DNA of 64,000 bases, from positions 352,001 to 416,000 of the forward strand of contig CAVTHS010000008.1 in assembly GCA_963734535.1 (NCBI GenBank), written 5' to 3'. The stretch comes from an uncultured Chloroflexia bacterium (lineage in GTDB: Bacteria > Chloroflexota > Limnocylindria > Limnocylindrales > CSP1-4). Below, piece after piece: positions 48,683 to 57,738 of the stretch. The notes under the pieces were generated by a model that saw only the letters and a list, made by a program, of their open reading frames with translations, did no database searches and was not told where the DNA came from. How positions within the stretch are numbered: position 1 is the stretch's first letter; each line of letters opens with the position of its first letter. A program made the translations under genes and the position numbers.

Positions 48683-50770
48683 ATGACCCTCGCGTCCCCC
48701 GTCACCGACGCGTCCGTCCGCCACCTTGCCGCTCGACTCGAGCTGGTCGAGGCCCGGATCCGGGTCGCGGTCGCTCGCCGGCGGGCCACCGACCCCGACC
48801 CCGACGACCGGTTCCGGGGCCTCTACGTCTCCGACGTGCAGGTCGACGAGATGCTGGCCGGCGCGCCCGTGCCACTCCTGCCCGCGGCCCCCGACGCGGA
48901 GGCGACGGCGCGGCTGGAGGCCATCGAGGCGGGCGCGGACGCGGCCGAGGCGGCGGGGGTCGACGTGCGACTGCGCCGGCTGATCCGGTCGTTCGCGCTC
49001 GAGCAGCTCGACGTGGAGCTCCTGCTCGTCGCGCTGGCGCCGGACCTCGACCCGCGCTTCGAGCGGCTCTACGGCTACCTCCACGACGATGTCTCGCGCC
49101 GACGGGCGAGCATCGGCCTGGCCCTGGAGCTGGTCGGTGCAGGCGGCGCGTCGGGCGCCGGCCGGGCGCGGCTCGGGCCGTCGGGACCGCTCATCGCGGG
49201 CGGGCTGCTGATCGTCGAGGACGTCGACCGGCCCTTCCTGACACGTGCGCTCCGCGTGCCGGACCGCGTCGCCGGCCATCTCGTCGGCGACGACACGACC
49301 GATCCGCTCGTGGCCGCCCTCGAGGTGACGCCGTCCGGGAGGGATCTCGCGGGCGCCGAGCCGCTGGAGCGCGGCCTGCGCGCAGGGGCGCGCCTCGCGT
49401 ATGTCCGCGAGCGCATCGGCACGGCCCCGCTCACCGTGGCCGCCCGCGCGCTGGCGCGCCTCGGGCCGCCGCCCATCGTCGTCGACCTGGGCCGCCTGGG
49501 GCCGCACGAGGAGATCGGGGAAGCGGCGACGGCCGCGATCCGCGAGGCACGGCTCCGCGGCGCCGGCCTGCTGGCGGGTCCCGTCGAGGTGCTCGCAGAA
49601 CGGGGCGCCGCTGCCGTCCGCGCCTTCGCGGAAGCCGGCTGCGTGACCGTGCTGCACGGCGCGCGCGGCTGGGATCCCGCCTGGTCGCGAACGGTCGCCT
49701 TCCTCGTCGAGGCGGAGCTCCCGACGGCGACCGAGCGCCGCGACGTCTGGCTGGCCGCCCTGGACGGGTCGGCGTCGGACGAGATGGCGGCGGCGATCGC
49801 CGCGCTCCCCTACCGGCTGGCGCCCGAACAGGTCGAACGCGCAGCCGAGGCGGGCCGCCTCACCGCGGCGGCATCCGGCCGGGCGGTGGGCGTCGCGGAC
49901 GTCGCGGCCGGCGCTCGATCCCAGAACGCGGCCGGCCTGGATCGCCTCGCGCGCCGGATCGATCCGCGCGTCGGCTGGGCGGACCTGGTCCTGCCGGCTC
50001 CGGTCGTGGAGCAGCTCGGCGAGCTGACCGCGCGGGCGCGCCACCGCGACCGCGTCCTCGATGATTGGGGACTCGCCCGCACGTCGCTCAAGGGACGTGG
50101 CGTGACTGCCCTGTTCGCGGGCGACTCCGGCACGGGCAAGACCATGTCGGCGGAGGTGATCGCCCGGTCGCTCGGCCTGGACCTCTACGTGATCGACCTC
50201 TCGACGATCGTGGACAAGTACATCGGCGAGACCGAGAAGAACCTGGACCGCGTCTTCAACGAGGCCGACCGGGTCAACGGCGTCCTCCTCTTCGACGAGG
50301 CCGATGCGATCTTCGGCAAGCGCTCGGAGGTGAAGGACGCCCGCGACCGCTATGCGAACGTGGAGGTTGCCTACCTGCTCCAGCGGATGGAGGTGTTCGA
50401 CGGGATGGCGATCCTCACCACGAACCTCCGCGCCAACGTGGACGAGGCGTTCCTGCGCCGGCTCGACGCGATCGTCGAGTTCCCGGTACCCGACGTCGAC
50501 GATCGCCGGCGCCTCTGGGAACGCAACCTCCCCGGGGCGCTCCCGACGACGGACGACATCGACCTCGACTTCCTGGCGCGCCGCTTCACGCTCTCGGGCG
50601 GGAACATCCGGAACGTGGCGGTGGGCGCCGCCTTCCGCGCCGCCGAGGGCGAACGGCGCGTGGCCATGGCCGACCTGGTCCGGGAGACGGCCCGGGAGTA
50701 TCGCAAGCTGGGCCGCCTCTGCGTGGAGGCCGAGTTCGGCTCGTGGTTCGGCGTGGTCGCGAGCGCCTGA
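48683..50770 (+). CDS. CIS AAA+ ATPase (Afp15-like)
   Basis: DLDPRFERLYGYLHDDVSRRR, FAGDSGTGKT, DKYIGETEKNL, FDEADAIFGKRSEVKDARDRYAN. Confidence 0.95.
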   Translation: MTLASPVTDASVRHLAARLELVEARIRVAVARRRATDPDPDDRFRGLYVSDVQVDEMLAGAPVPLLPAAPDAEATARLEAIEAGADAAEAAGVDVRLRRLIRSFALEQLDVELLLVALAPDLDPRFERLYGYLHDDVSRRRASIGLALELVGAGGASGAGRARLGPSGPLIAGGLLIVEDVDRPFLTRALRVPDRVAGHLVGDDTTDPLVAALEVTPSGRDLAGAEPLERGLRAGARLAYVRERIGTAPLTVAARALARLGPPPIVVDLGRLGPHEEIGEAATAAIREARLRGAGLLAGPVEVLAERGAAAVRAFAEAGCVTVLHGARGWDPAWSRTVAFLVEAELPTATERRDVWLAALDGSASDEMAAAIAALPYRLAPEQVERAAEAGRLTAAASGRAVGVADVAAGARSQNAAGLDRLARRIDPRVGWADLVLPAPVVEQLGELTARARHRDRVLDDWGLARTSLKGRGVTALFAGDSGTGKTMSAEVIARSLGLDLYVIDLSTIVDKYIGETEKNLDRVFNEADRVNGVLLFDEADAIFGKRSEVKDARDRYANVEVAYLLQRMEVFDGMAILTTNLRANVDEAFLRRLDAIVEFPVPDVDDRRRLWERNLPGALPTTDDIDLDFLARRFTLSGGNIRNVAVGAAFRAAEGERRVAMADLVRETAREYRKLGRLCVEAEFGSWFGVVASA

Positions 50771-50826
50771 GATGGAGACGCACCGGCGGCACGCGCGGCC
50801 GAGCAGGGATTGACGGGAGCGGGACG

Positions 50827-51750
50827 ATGTCAGACGACGCCACGGCCATGCGGGAGGACGCGAGCATGCACCGCCACGAGCACGAGCGGGAGACGCCGCC
50901 ACGCCGCCCGATCCGGCGCTCCGGCGATGAAGCCGCCGCGACGGCGCTCGCGGCCCGGGCCGCTGCCGCAGGACGAACGGACGCGCTCGGCCCGGCTTCG
51001 GTCCTGCGCCTCCAGCGTGCGGCGGGCAATGCCGGTGTCGCCGGACTCTTCGATGGCGCGTCGGAGCCGGAATCGCCGGTGAAGGACGTGGTCGGCCGTG
51101 GAGGCGGAGCCCCGCTCGCGCCCGCCGTCCGGGAGCGCATGGAGTCGAGCTTCGGGACCGACTTCTCCGACGTCCGGGTCCACAGCGGCGGGGGCGCGGC
51201 GGCGTCGGCCCGCGCCGTCGATGCGCACGCCTACACCGTCGGCAACGAGATCGTCCTGGGCGACGGCCACGCCGAGGGCTCGTCGGCGCACGAGCGGACG
51301 CTGGCCCACGAGCTGACCCACGTGGTCCAGCAGCGATCCGGGCCCGTGGATGGCACCCCCGCCCCCGGCGGGATCTCGGTCAGCAGCCCGAGCGATCGCT
51401 TCGAGCGCGCCGCCGAGACGACCGCCGATCAGGTCATCTCGACGGGACGAGCCGGCGACGGCGCGGGACACGCAGCACCGGCGATCCAGCGCGAGGCCGC
51501 CCCCGAGGATGAGAACGAGGTCCAGGAGCTCGCGATCCAGCGTCGCGACGAGTCGGAGGACGTGCCGGACGAGGTGCCGACGCCCGGGGATGAGCCGCAC
51601 GACGTCCAGCGGCCCGAGGAAGGGCCGGCGCCGGCCGGCGCTTCGGAGGTCCAGCGGCCCGAGGAGGAACAGGACGAGGTCCAGCAGCTCGCGATCCAGC
51701 GCCGGGCCTCGCGGCGGACGGGTGGCGGGGCCGCGGCTGGGCAGCTGTAG
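50827..51750 (+). CDS. DUF4157 (eCIS core domain) protein with acidic QR-repeat tail
   Basis: LQRAAGN, MESSFGTDFSDVRVH, AHAYTVG..I, LAHELTHVVQQ, S.PSDRFE..A. Confidence 0.9.
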   Translation: MSDDATAMREDASMHRHEHERETPPRRPIRRSGDEAAATALAARAAAAGRTDALGPASVLRLQRAAGNAGVAGLFDGASEPESPVKDVVGRGGGAPLAPAVRERMESSFGTDFSDVRVHSGGGAAASARAVDAHAYTVGNEIVLGDGHAEGSSAHERTLAHELTHVVQQRSGPVDGTPAPGGISVSSPSDRFERAAETTADQVISTGRAGDGAGHAAPAIQREAAPEDENEVQELAIQRRDESEDVPDEVPTPGDEPHDVQRPEEGPAPAGASEVQRPEEEQDEVQQLAIQRRASRRTGGGAAAGQL

Positions 51751-51774
51751 CGGGAATGTCGGCGGCGGCGCGCC

Positions 51775-52455
51775 TCAGATGAGGCCCTGGCGGATCGCGT
51801 AGGCGACCGCATGGGTCCGGTTGCGAAGGTCAAGGCGCGACGTCACGTCGTGGATGACGTTCTTCACGGTCCGCTCGGAGAAGTACAGCCGGCGGCCGAC
51901 CTCGGCGGTGTCGTGGCCCTCGGCCAGCAGCCGCAGGACGGCGATCTCCCGCTCCGTGAGGCCGGCGAACGTGAGCCCGCGCGGGTGCAGCACCTGGCGC
52001 TGGAGGCGCCCGACCTGGGACAGGAGCCTGCCCAGGAGATCGGGCGGAAGGGTCCCCTCCCCGACCGCCGCGGCCCGGATCGCGGTGGCAAGGTGGCCCG
52101 CTGTCGCCTGGCTGCGCCTGACCACGCCGCTCACGCCCGCCTCGACCGCCGCGAGCAGCCCGGCGTCGTCGACCTTCGCGACCAGGAGGACCAGGCGCTC
52201 GTGGCCTGCGGCCCGGAGACCGCGCAGCTCGCGGGTCGTCTCCTCGTCCACGTCGTCGGCGACGACCACCATGACCGCGGCGGCCTCGGCGGCGGACTCG
52301 GGGACGACGTCGATTCCGGCCTGGTCGCGGAGGTGGGCCGCGAGGCCGGCGCGCGACAGGGGGTCGGCGCTGGCGATCGCGACGGCGATGCGGTCGACCC
52401 GGGCCGCCAGCGCCGCGGCGGTGGGACGGATGGAGATCGGCGCGGCGGTCAACAT
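51775..52455 (-). CDS. LuxR-type regulator with degenerate receiver domain (CIS-associated)
   Basis: DPLSRAG, LPPDLLGRLL.QVGRLQR.VL.PRGL...LTERE...G.DT.E....SERTVKNVIH...RNRTHAVAYAIRQGLI. Confidence 0.9.
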   Translation of the reverse strand: MLTAAPISIRPTAAALAARVDRIAVAIASADPLSRAGLAAHLRDQAGIDVVPESAAEAAAVMVVVADDVDEETTRELRGLRAAGHERLVLLVAKVDDAGLLAAVEAGVSGVVRRSQATAGHLATAIRAAAVGEGTLPPDLLGRLLSQVGRLQRQVLHPRGLTFAGLTEREIAVLRLLAEGHDTAEVGRRLYFSERTVKNVIHDVTSRLDLRNRTHAVAYAIRQGLI

Positions 52456-52713
52456 CTCGATGGCCCCTTCCCCCTGCGCCGCCGCGGCAGTCCCGTTCCG
52501 GACCGGATCTCGCGACGAGCGCGACAAGGGTGCGCCTGCGGCACATCCGGGCACTTAACGCCGGCATAACGGGCCGCTCTTCGGGCACTCGTCAGGGGTC
52601 GGGCGGACGCCGCCTGCGCGGGCCGGTTCCACGGGACGCCGTGATACGGAGTCCCTCGTGACCTTCCGGTCAGGCGCGCGCTGACCGGGTCCGCCGGGAC
52701 GACGGCCGCCTGA

Positions 52714-52735
52714 TCGGGCAGCCGAACCTGCCCGA
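52714..52735. promoter_or_regulatory. inverted repeat TCGGGCAG-N6-CTGCCCGA upstream of accessory operon
   Basis: Perfect 8-bp arms. TACACT -10 at 52787-52792. Confidence 0.45.
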
Positions 52736-52800
52736 CGGTCGTCGCGTGAACCGACACGGATGCTGGCGCGGCCCGAGCGCGGCCCCTACACTCCGCCACC

Positions 52801-54066
52801 ATGGGAGCACTCGTCACCCTCGCCTCGAAGGCGCTCGAGGTCGTGCCCGGCTCGGTCGCGTCGTGCACGGTGACCGTCAAGAACACCGGCACGGTCGTGG
52901 ACCAGTTCACGATCGACGTCCTGGGCGACCCTGGCGCGTTTGCCTCGGCCGAACCGCCGGCGCTCTCGCTCTTCCCGGGCGCCGAGGGCACCGCGGTGGT
53001 CACGTTCGCACCTCCCCGCGAGGCCGCCACACCGGCGGGCGCACTCCCATTCGGGATCCGCGCGCGGTCGCAGGAGGATCCGGGAGGCTCGGCGGTCGAG
53101 GAGGGCGTCCTCGCGGTCGGGACGTTCAGCGACACGTTCGCCGAGCTCGTCCCGCGGGCATCCCGCGGCAGCCGAGGCGCGACCCACGAGCTTGCCGTCG
53201 ACAATCGCGGCAACGCCCGCCTCAATGCCTCGATCACGGCCGCGGACCCGGACCAGCTGCTCGGATTCGATGTGCAGCCGCCGGGGCTGGTGGTCGACCC
53301 GGGCACGGCCGGGTTCGCGAAGGTCCGGGTCAGGCCCGCGAAGCGCTTCTGGCGCGGCCAGCCGAAGACGCGACCCTTCAAGGTCGCCGTTTCCGGTGAC
53401 GACGGGCGGCCGATCGTCCTCGACGGCACGATGCTCCAGGAGGCGATCCTCCCGCGCTGGCTCGTGCCGGCGCTCCTGGCGCTGCTCGGCCTGCTCCTCC
53501 TTGCCGCGATCCTGTGGGCCACCATCCTCCAGCCGGCGATCAGGAGCGCCACGACGCAGGCGCTTGCCGATGCCGGGTTCACGCCGATCCCGAGCCTGGC
53601 CTCGGGAGGCGGTGGTGGTGGCGCAAGCCCCGCACCCGGCGGCGGCTCACCATCTCCGGCGGCCTCGCTCGCGCCGGGCGCCTCGCCGAGCCCGGCCGCC
53701 TCGCCGAGCCCGGCCGCCTCGGCCGGCCCTCCCACGCCCACGCCGGCCCCGGTCGGCAACGGCGTGCCGCAGGATGGCCGGCTGGCCGCGGACGGGTCCA
53801 ACCCGCCGTCGGCGAAGTTCACCTCGACCTTCTACATGACGGACCTCGTCTTCGCGAACCCGAACGGCCGGGCCGGGACTCTTCAGCTCCTGCGGGACGG
53901 GTTCGTCCTGATCACGCTGCGGCTCGAGAACTTCCGTGATCTCGACTTCCACTACGTGACCCCGATCGTCATCCAGAAGGGGCAGACGCTGAGCTTCGCG
54001 GCCAGCTGCACGTCGTCCGGTGCGTGCGACCCATCCGTCTACTACTCGGGGTTCGTCCGCCCCTGA
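52801..54066 (+). CDS. CIS-associated membrane protein (two Ig-like/COG1470 domains, TM, extracellular domain)
   Basis: VKNTGTVVDQF...P.LSLFPG...PFG...SAVEEG...ELVPR..RG....H.LAVDNRGN, TM helix, then LENFRDLDFHYVTPI. Confidence 0.8.
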   Translation: MGALVTLASKALEVVPGSVASCTVTVKNTGTVVDQFTIDVLGDPGAFASAEPPALSLFPGAEGTAVVTFAPPREAATPAGALPFGIRARSQEDPGGSAVEEGVLAVGTFSDTFAELVPRASRGSRGATHELAVDNRGNARLNASITAADPDQLLGFDVQPPGLVVDPGTAGFAKVRVRPAKRFWRGQPKTRPFKVAVSGDDGRPIVLDGTMLQEAILPRWLVPALLALLGLLLLAAILWATILQPAIRSATTQALADAGFTPIPSLASGGGGGGASPAPGGGSPSPAASLAPGASPSPAASPSPAASAGPPTPTPAPVGNGVPQDGRLAADGSNPPSAKFTSTFYMTDLVFANPNGRAGTLQLLRDGFVLITLRLENFRDLDFHYVTPIVIQKGQTLSFAASCTSSGACDPSVYYSGFVRP

Positions 54067-54091
54067 GGCGGCCCGGGAGCCGGTGACAGGC

Positions 54092-56288
54092 ATGACCTCA
54101 CGCGGCCGCGCCGGCATCGCGGTCGCGGCGTGGTTCGCCCTGGCCATCACCGTGGTGCCGGCACTTGCAGCGGTCACGAGCCAGGGCCGCGGCATTCCCG
54201 GCAGGGGCCCGGCAGCGCCGATCGCGATCTCGCTCGAGCCGGGCGCGAACACCCGGGTGTCGGTCAACGACGACGGATCCCAGCTCCTCCGGATCGCGTC
54301 GGACGAGGCCGCGGTGAGCCCGGACGGCCGCTGGGTCACCTACCGGGCCTCGCTGGTCGGGGCGAACGTCAGGTCGGACAACGTGATGCTCGCGGATCGC
54401 GCGGCGGGGACGACCACGCGGATCTTCCCGGCTACCAGCGCCCCGGTCGCCGGGACACTCGACGGGCCGGTCGGGCCGGTCACGGTCGAGGAGCCGAGCG
54501 TCTCCGGGGACGGCTCGCTCGTGGCTTTCGGGCTGGCCAGCGGCAACCAGACGCCCACGATCATTCTCTGGCGTCGCGAGGGCGGCCTCACGTTCCCGTT
54601 GAGCGGGGCCCTGACCGGGAACGTGCCGGGGCTTGCCAACCTGCGGTACTCGGCGCTCCACCACCCACGGCTCTCGGCCGACGGAAGCGTCCTCGCGTTC
54701 CAGTCGGACGGCTACGCCCCGCTGACCAGACTGGCGGTTGTCACGCCGCTGCCCGCCGGCTTCTACGTCCTCGTGCTGGCGACCGGACAGGTCGAGGCGG
54801 TGAGCGCACCCACGGGCTCGACCACCCCGGGACCGATCGGGCGGCAGTACGGTTCCCTCGCCGTGTCGGGCGATGGCTCCGTGGTCGCATTCGCCTCGAG
54901 CCAGAACCTGCTCCCGCCAGGGGCGGCCGGCGGGGCGAACATCCGAGGCGTCCTGACGTCGATGCAGGTCTGGCGCCGCGATCGGTCCTCGCTGACGACC
55001 ACGCTCGTCTCCGCGGCGGACGGCGCACCGGCGGCCGGGACGAGCGACCACCCCGCCCTCTCGTCGGACGGCGGCGTCGTCGCGTTCGAGTCGGACGCCG
55101 CCAACCTGGTCCCCGGTGACACGAACGAGACCATCGACGTCTTCGCCTGGACGGCCGATGCGGGCGTCCGCCGCATCTCGACCGCCCCCGACGGGACGGA
55201 GGCCAACGATTCCAGCGCGTGGCCTGCCGTGTCAGCCGACGGTCGCTCGATTGCGTTCGCCTCGCGCGCCTCCAACCTCGTGCCGGGCGACACGAACGGC
55301 AACTGCCTTCGCCCAGACGGACCGGGCAACCCCGTTCGACATCTTCGTGGCCGGGCCCGAGACCGACCGGCTGGCGCGCGTCAGCGTCGGCGTCGGGCCG
55401 ACCGAGGCCGATGACACGAGCCTGCGGCCATCGCTCGCCCTGGGGGCCCGCCTCGTCTTCTTCGAGTCGCTGGCGACGAACCTGGTTCGCGGCGACACGA
55501 ACGGCAACTCCGACATCTTCGTCCGGGAGCGGCGCCCCCCGCAGCCGACGCCGTCTCCGTCACCGTCGCCGACCCCCACCCCGACGCCGACACCCACGCC
55601 GATCGTGAAGCCCGCGATCATCGTCTCGCCCAACCCCGTCGACTTCGGCAGCGTCCCGATCGGCACGCTCGGCACGTCGCGGAATGCGTCGATCCTGAGC
55701 GTGGGGACGGGCCCGGCGGACATCGGCGCCATCGCGATCAGCGGCACCAACGCGGGTGACTTCCTGGTCAGCGCAAACCCGTGCACGGGGACCAGCCTGG
55801 CGCCGGGAGCCTCGTGCGTCATCGGGATCCTCTTCATCGGCACGGCGACCGGGACACGGACGGCGATTCTCTCGGTGGCCTCGAACGCAGGACCCCCCGA
55901 GACCGTCCCGCTCGTCGCCGCGGTCGGCGTTGGCATCCTCCGCCTCGACCCCGCGACCGGCCCGACCGGCACCGTCACGATCGCAACGGGCGCCGGCTTC
56001 CCGGCGAACGCGCCGGTCGTGCTCACCTGGTCCGTCGGGATCACGCCCACGCCTCTCCAGGCGATCTTCACCGACACGAACGGTTCGTTCACGGCGCAGG
56101 TCCTGGTGCTGCCGAAGGATCGCGAGGGGCCCCGGACGCTCAGCGCCGTGGCCACGCTCTCCGGCGTCCCGGCGCCACCCGCGACCGCGCGCTTCCTCGT
56201 CGTCGCCGGGACGGCAGCGCCGCCCGTCAGCGGCCTGATCCAGGTCTTCCGCGACTCGTTCGGCCAGCCGATCATCCTGCGCCGGTGA
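54092..56288 (+). CDS. secreted TolB-like beta-propeller + ASH/choice-of-anchor-D Ig protein, frameshifted near 55300
   Basis: Signal peptide, repeated P..S.DG..VAF and NLVPGDTN...DIF, PT linker, VSPNPVDFG...C.G..LAPGASC. Frame switch between ORFs 54020 and 55116. Confidence 0.78.
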
Positions 56289-56373
56289 GCGAAGACCGCG
56301 TGGCCGCGCCATCCCCCACCGGGTGGGCTACGCTGCATCCGACGAGCGAGCGATGGAGGCGAACGCCAGCAGG

Positions 56374-57738
56374 ATGATCTGCGCGAAATGCGGCACGCAG
56401 AATGCGGCCGGGGACGCCTTCTGCGGCAGCTGCGGCGCGTTCCTCGAGTTCGCGGCCGAGGAGGCCGGCTCGCCCGGGACCGCGGCAGCCGAACCGCAGC
56501 CCGGGGCGTCCACGTCCGCGCAGGCCGCGCTCCCGACGGCGGCCGCGCCGACGCCGATGGGCGCTGCGCCGGCCGTGGACGCTCCCCCACCCGCCCCGCA
56601 GGCCCCGGCACCGGTCGCAGCCTCCGTGCCCGCGGTGGCGCCGTCGCTGGCGCCGTCGGGTCCCACCTGCCCGGCCTGCGGCCGTGCCAACCCAGCGGGT
56701 CGGACGTTCTGCATCTCGTGCGGCGAGCGCCTGCCCGCCGCGGGACGGGTGACCACGTCAGGCGCGCGCCCGGGGACGGCATCGCACCCGGCGGGACCGA
56801 TCGCCGCGGCGCCCATCGCAGCGGCGACGCGCCCTACCGCGCCGGCCCCCGTTCCGCCCGCCCCGCTCGCGTCGGCCCCGGCCCCAACGGCCGCTCCTGT
56901 CGCGCCGCCGCAGCCGGCCGCAGCGGCGTGGGAGTTCCCGACGGCGCCCGGCCGGCCGGTCGTTCCGCCGGGCGCCCGGCCCGGTGCCGGACCCGAGACG
57001 CCCGCGCCGGCCACGACCCGGCGCCGCGGCGGGAGCCCGCTCCCGTTGATCGTCGGCGCCGGCGTCCTGTTCCTCGTCCTCGCCGGCGGCGGTGCGGCCG
57101 TCCTGCTCGGCGGGAAGCCAGGCCCGACGGCGTCGGCGCCGGTCGCGTCGGCGCCGGTCGCATCGGGCGGCTCGGCGGCGGCGAGCGCTGCGGTCCCCGG
57201 TGCCTCTGCAGCTGCAGCGTCCGCGGGTGGAGCCTCGTTCGCGCCGTCCGCCGCCCCCGCCACGCTCCCGCCCGGCCCCTCGATCGGGCTGACCCTGACA
57301 GCCGCAACTGCCTCGTCGTCGCTCGCGGGCCATGCCGCATCGGCGGCCACCGACAACGACCCGACCACGGCCTGGAAGACGGGCGGATCGGATCCGTCCG
57401 ACCAGTGGATCGAGATCACGTTCGCGCCCGCCGCCGTGACGCGCGTCCAGCTGTGGAACGGCTGGCAGCGCACGCAGGACTACTTCGCCGGCAACCGGCG
57501 GCCGCGCAACGTCACGCTCCGCTTCGATTCCGAGACACCGATCCCGCTCAAGCTCGTGGACGTGTACGGATCCCAGCGCGTGGACATCCCCCCGGAGCTC
57601 GGGATCGTCGGCGTGACCCGTCTCCGGATCGCGATCCTCGACTGGTACCCGGCGAAGAAGACCCCGGCGGCCGGGAGCCCCACCACGCAGGCCGCGATCA
57701 GCGAGATCCGCCTCTATGGCATCCCGATGACACCATGA
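56374..57738 (+). CDS. second CisA-like zinc-ribbon / TM / discoidin (NADase-type glycan-binding) protein
   Basis: MICAKCGTQNAAGDAFCGSCGAFLEF, CPACGRANPAGRTFCISCG, TM helix, ATDNDPTTAW...QWIEITF...LWNGWQ...NRRPR...AISEI. Confidence 0.85.
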   Translation: MICAKCGTQNAAGDAFCGSCGAFLEFAAEEAGSPGTAAAEPQPGASTSAQAALPTAAAPTPMGAAPAVDAPPPAPQAPAPVAASVPAVAPSLAPSGPTCPACGRANPAGRTFCISCGERLPAAGRVTTSGARPGTASHPAGPIAAAPIAAATRPTAPAPVPPAPLASAPAPTAAPVAPPQPAAAAWEFPTAPGRPVVPPGARPGAGPETPAPATTRRRGGSPLPLIVGAGVLFLVLAGGGAAVLLGGKPGPTASAPVASAPVASGGSAAASAAVPGASAAAASAGGASFAPSAAPATLPPGPSIGLTLTAATASSSLAGHAASAATDNDPTTAWKTGGSDPSDQWIEITFAPAAVTRVQLWNGWQRTQDYFAGNRRPRNVTLRFDSETPIPLKLVDVYGSQRVDIPPELGIVGVTRLRIAILDWYPAKKTPAAGSPTTQAAISEIRLYGIPMTP

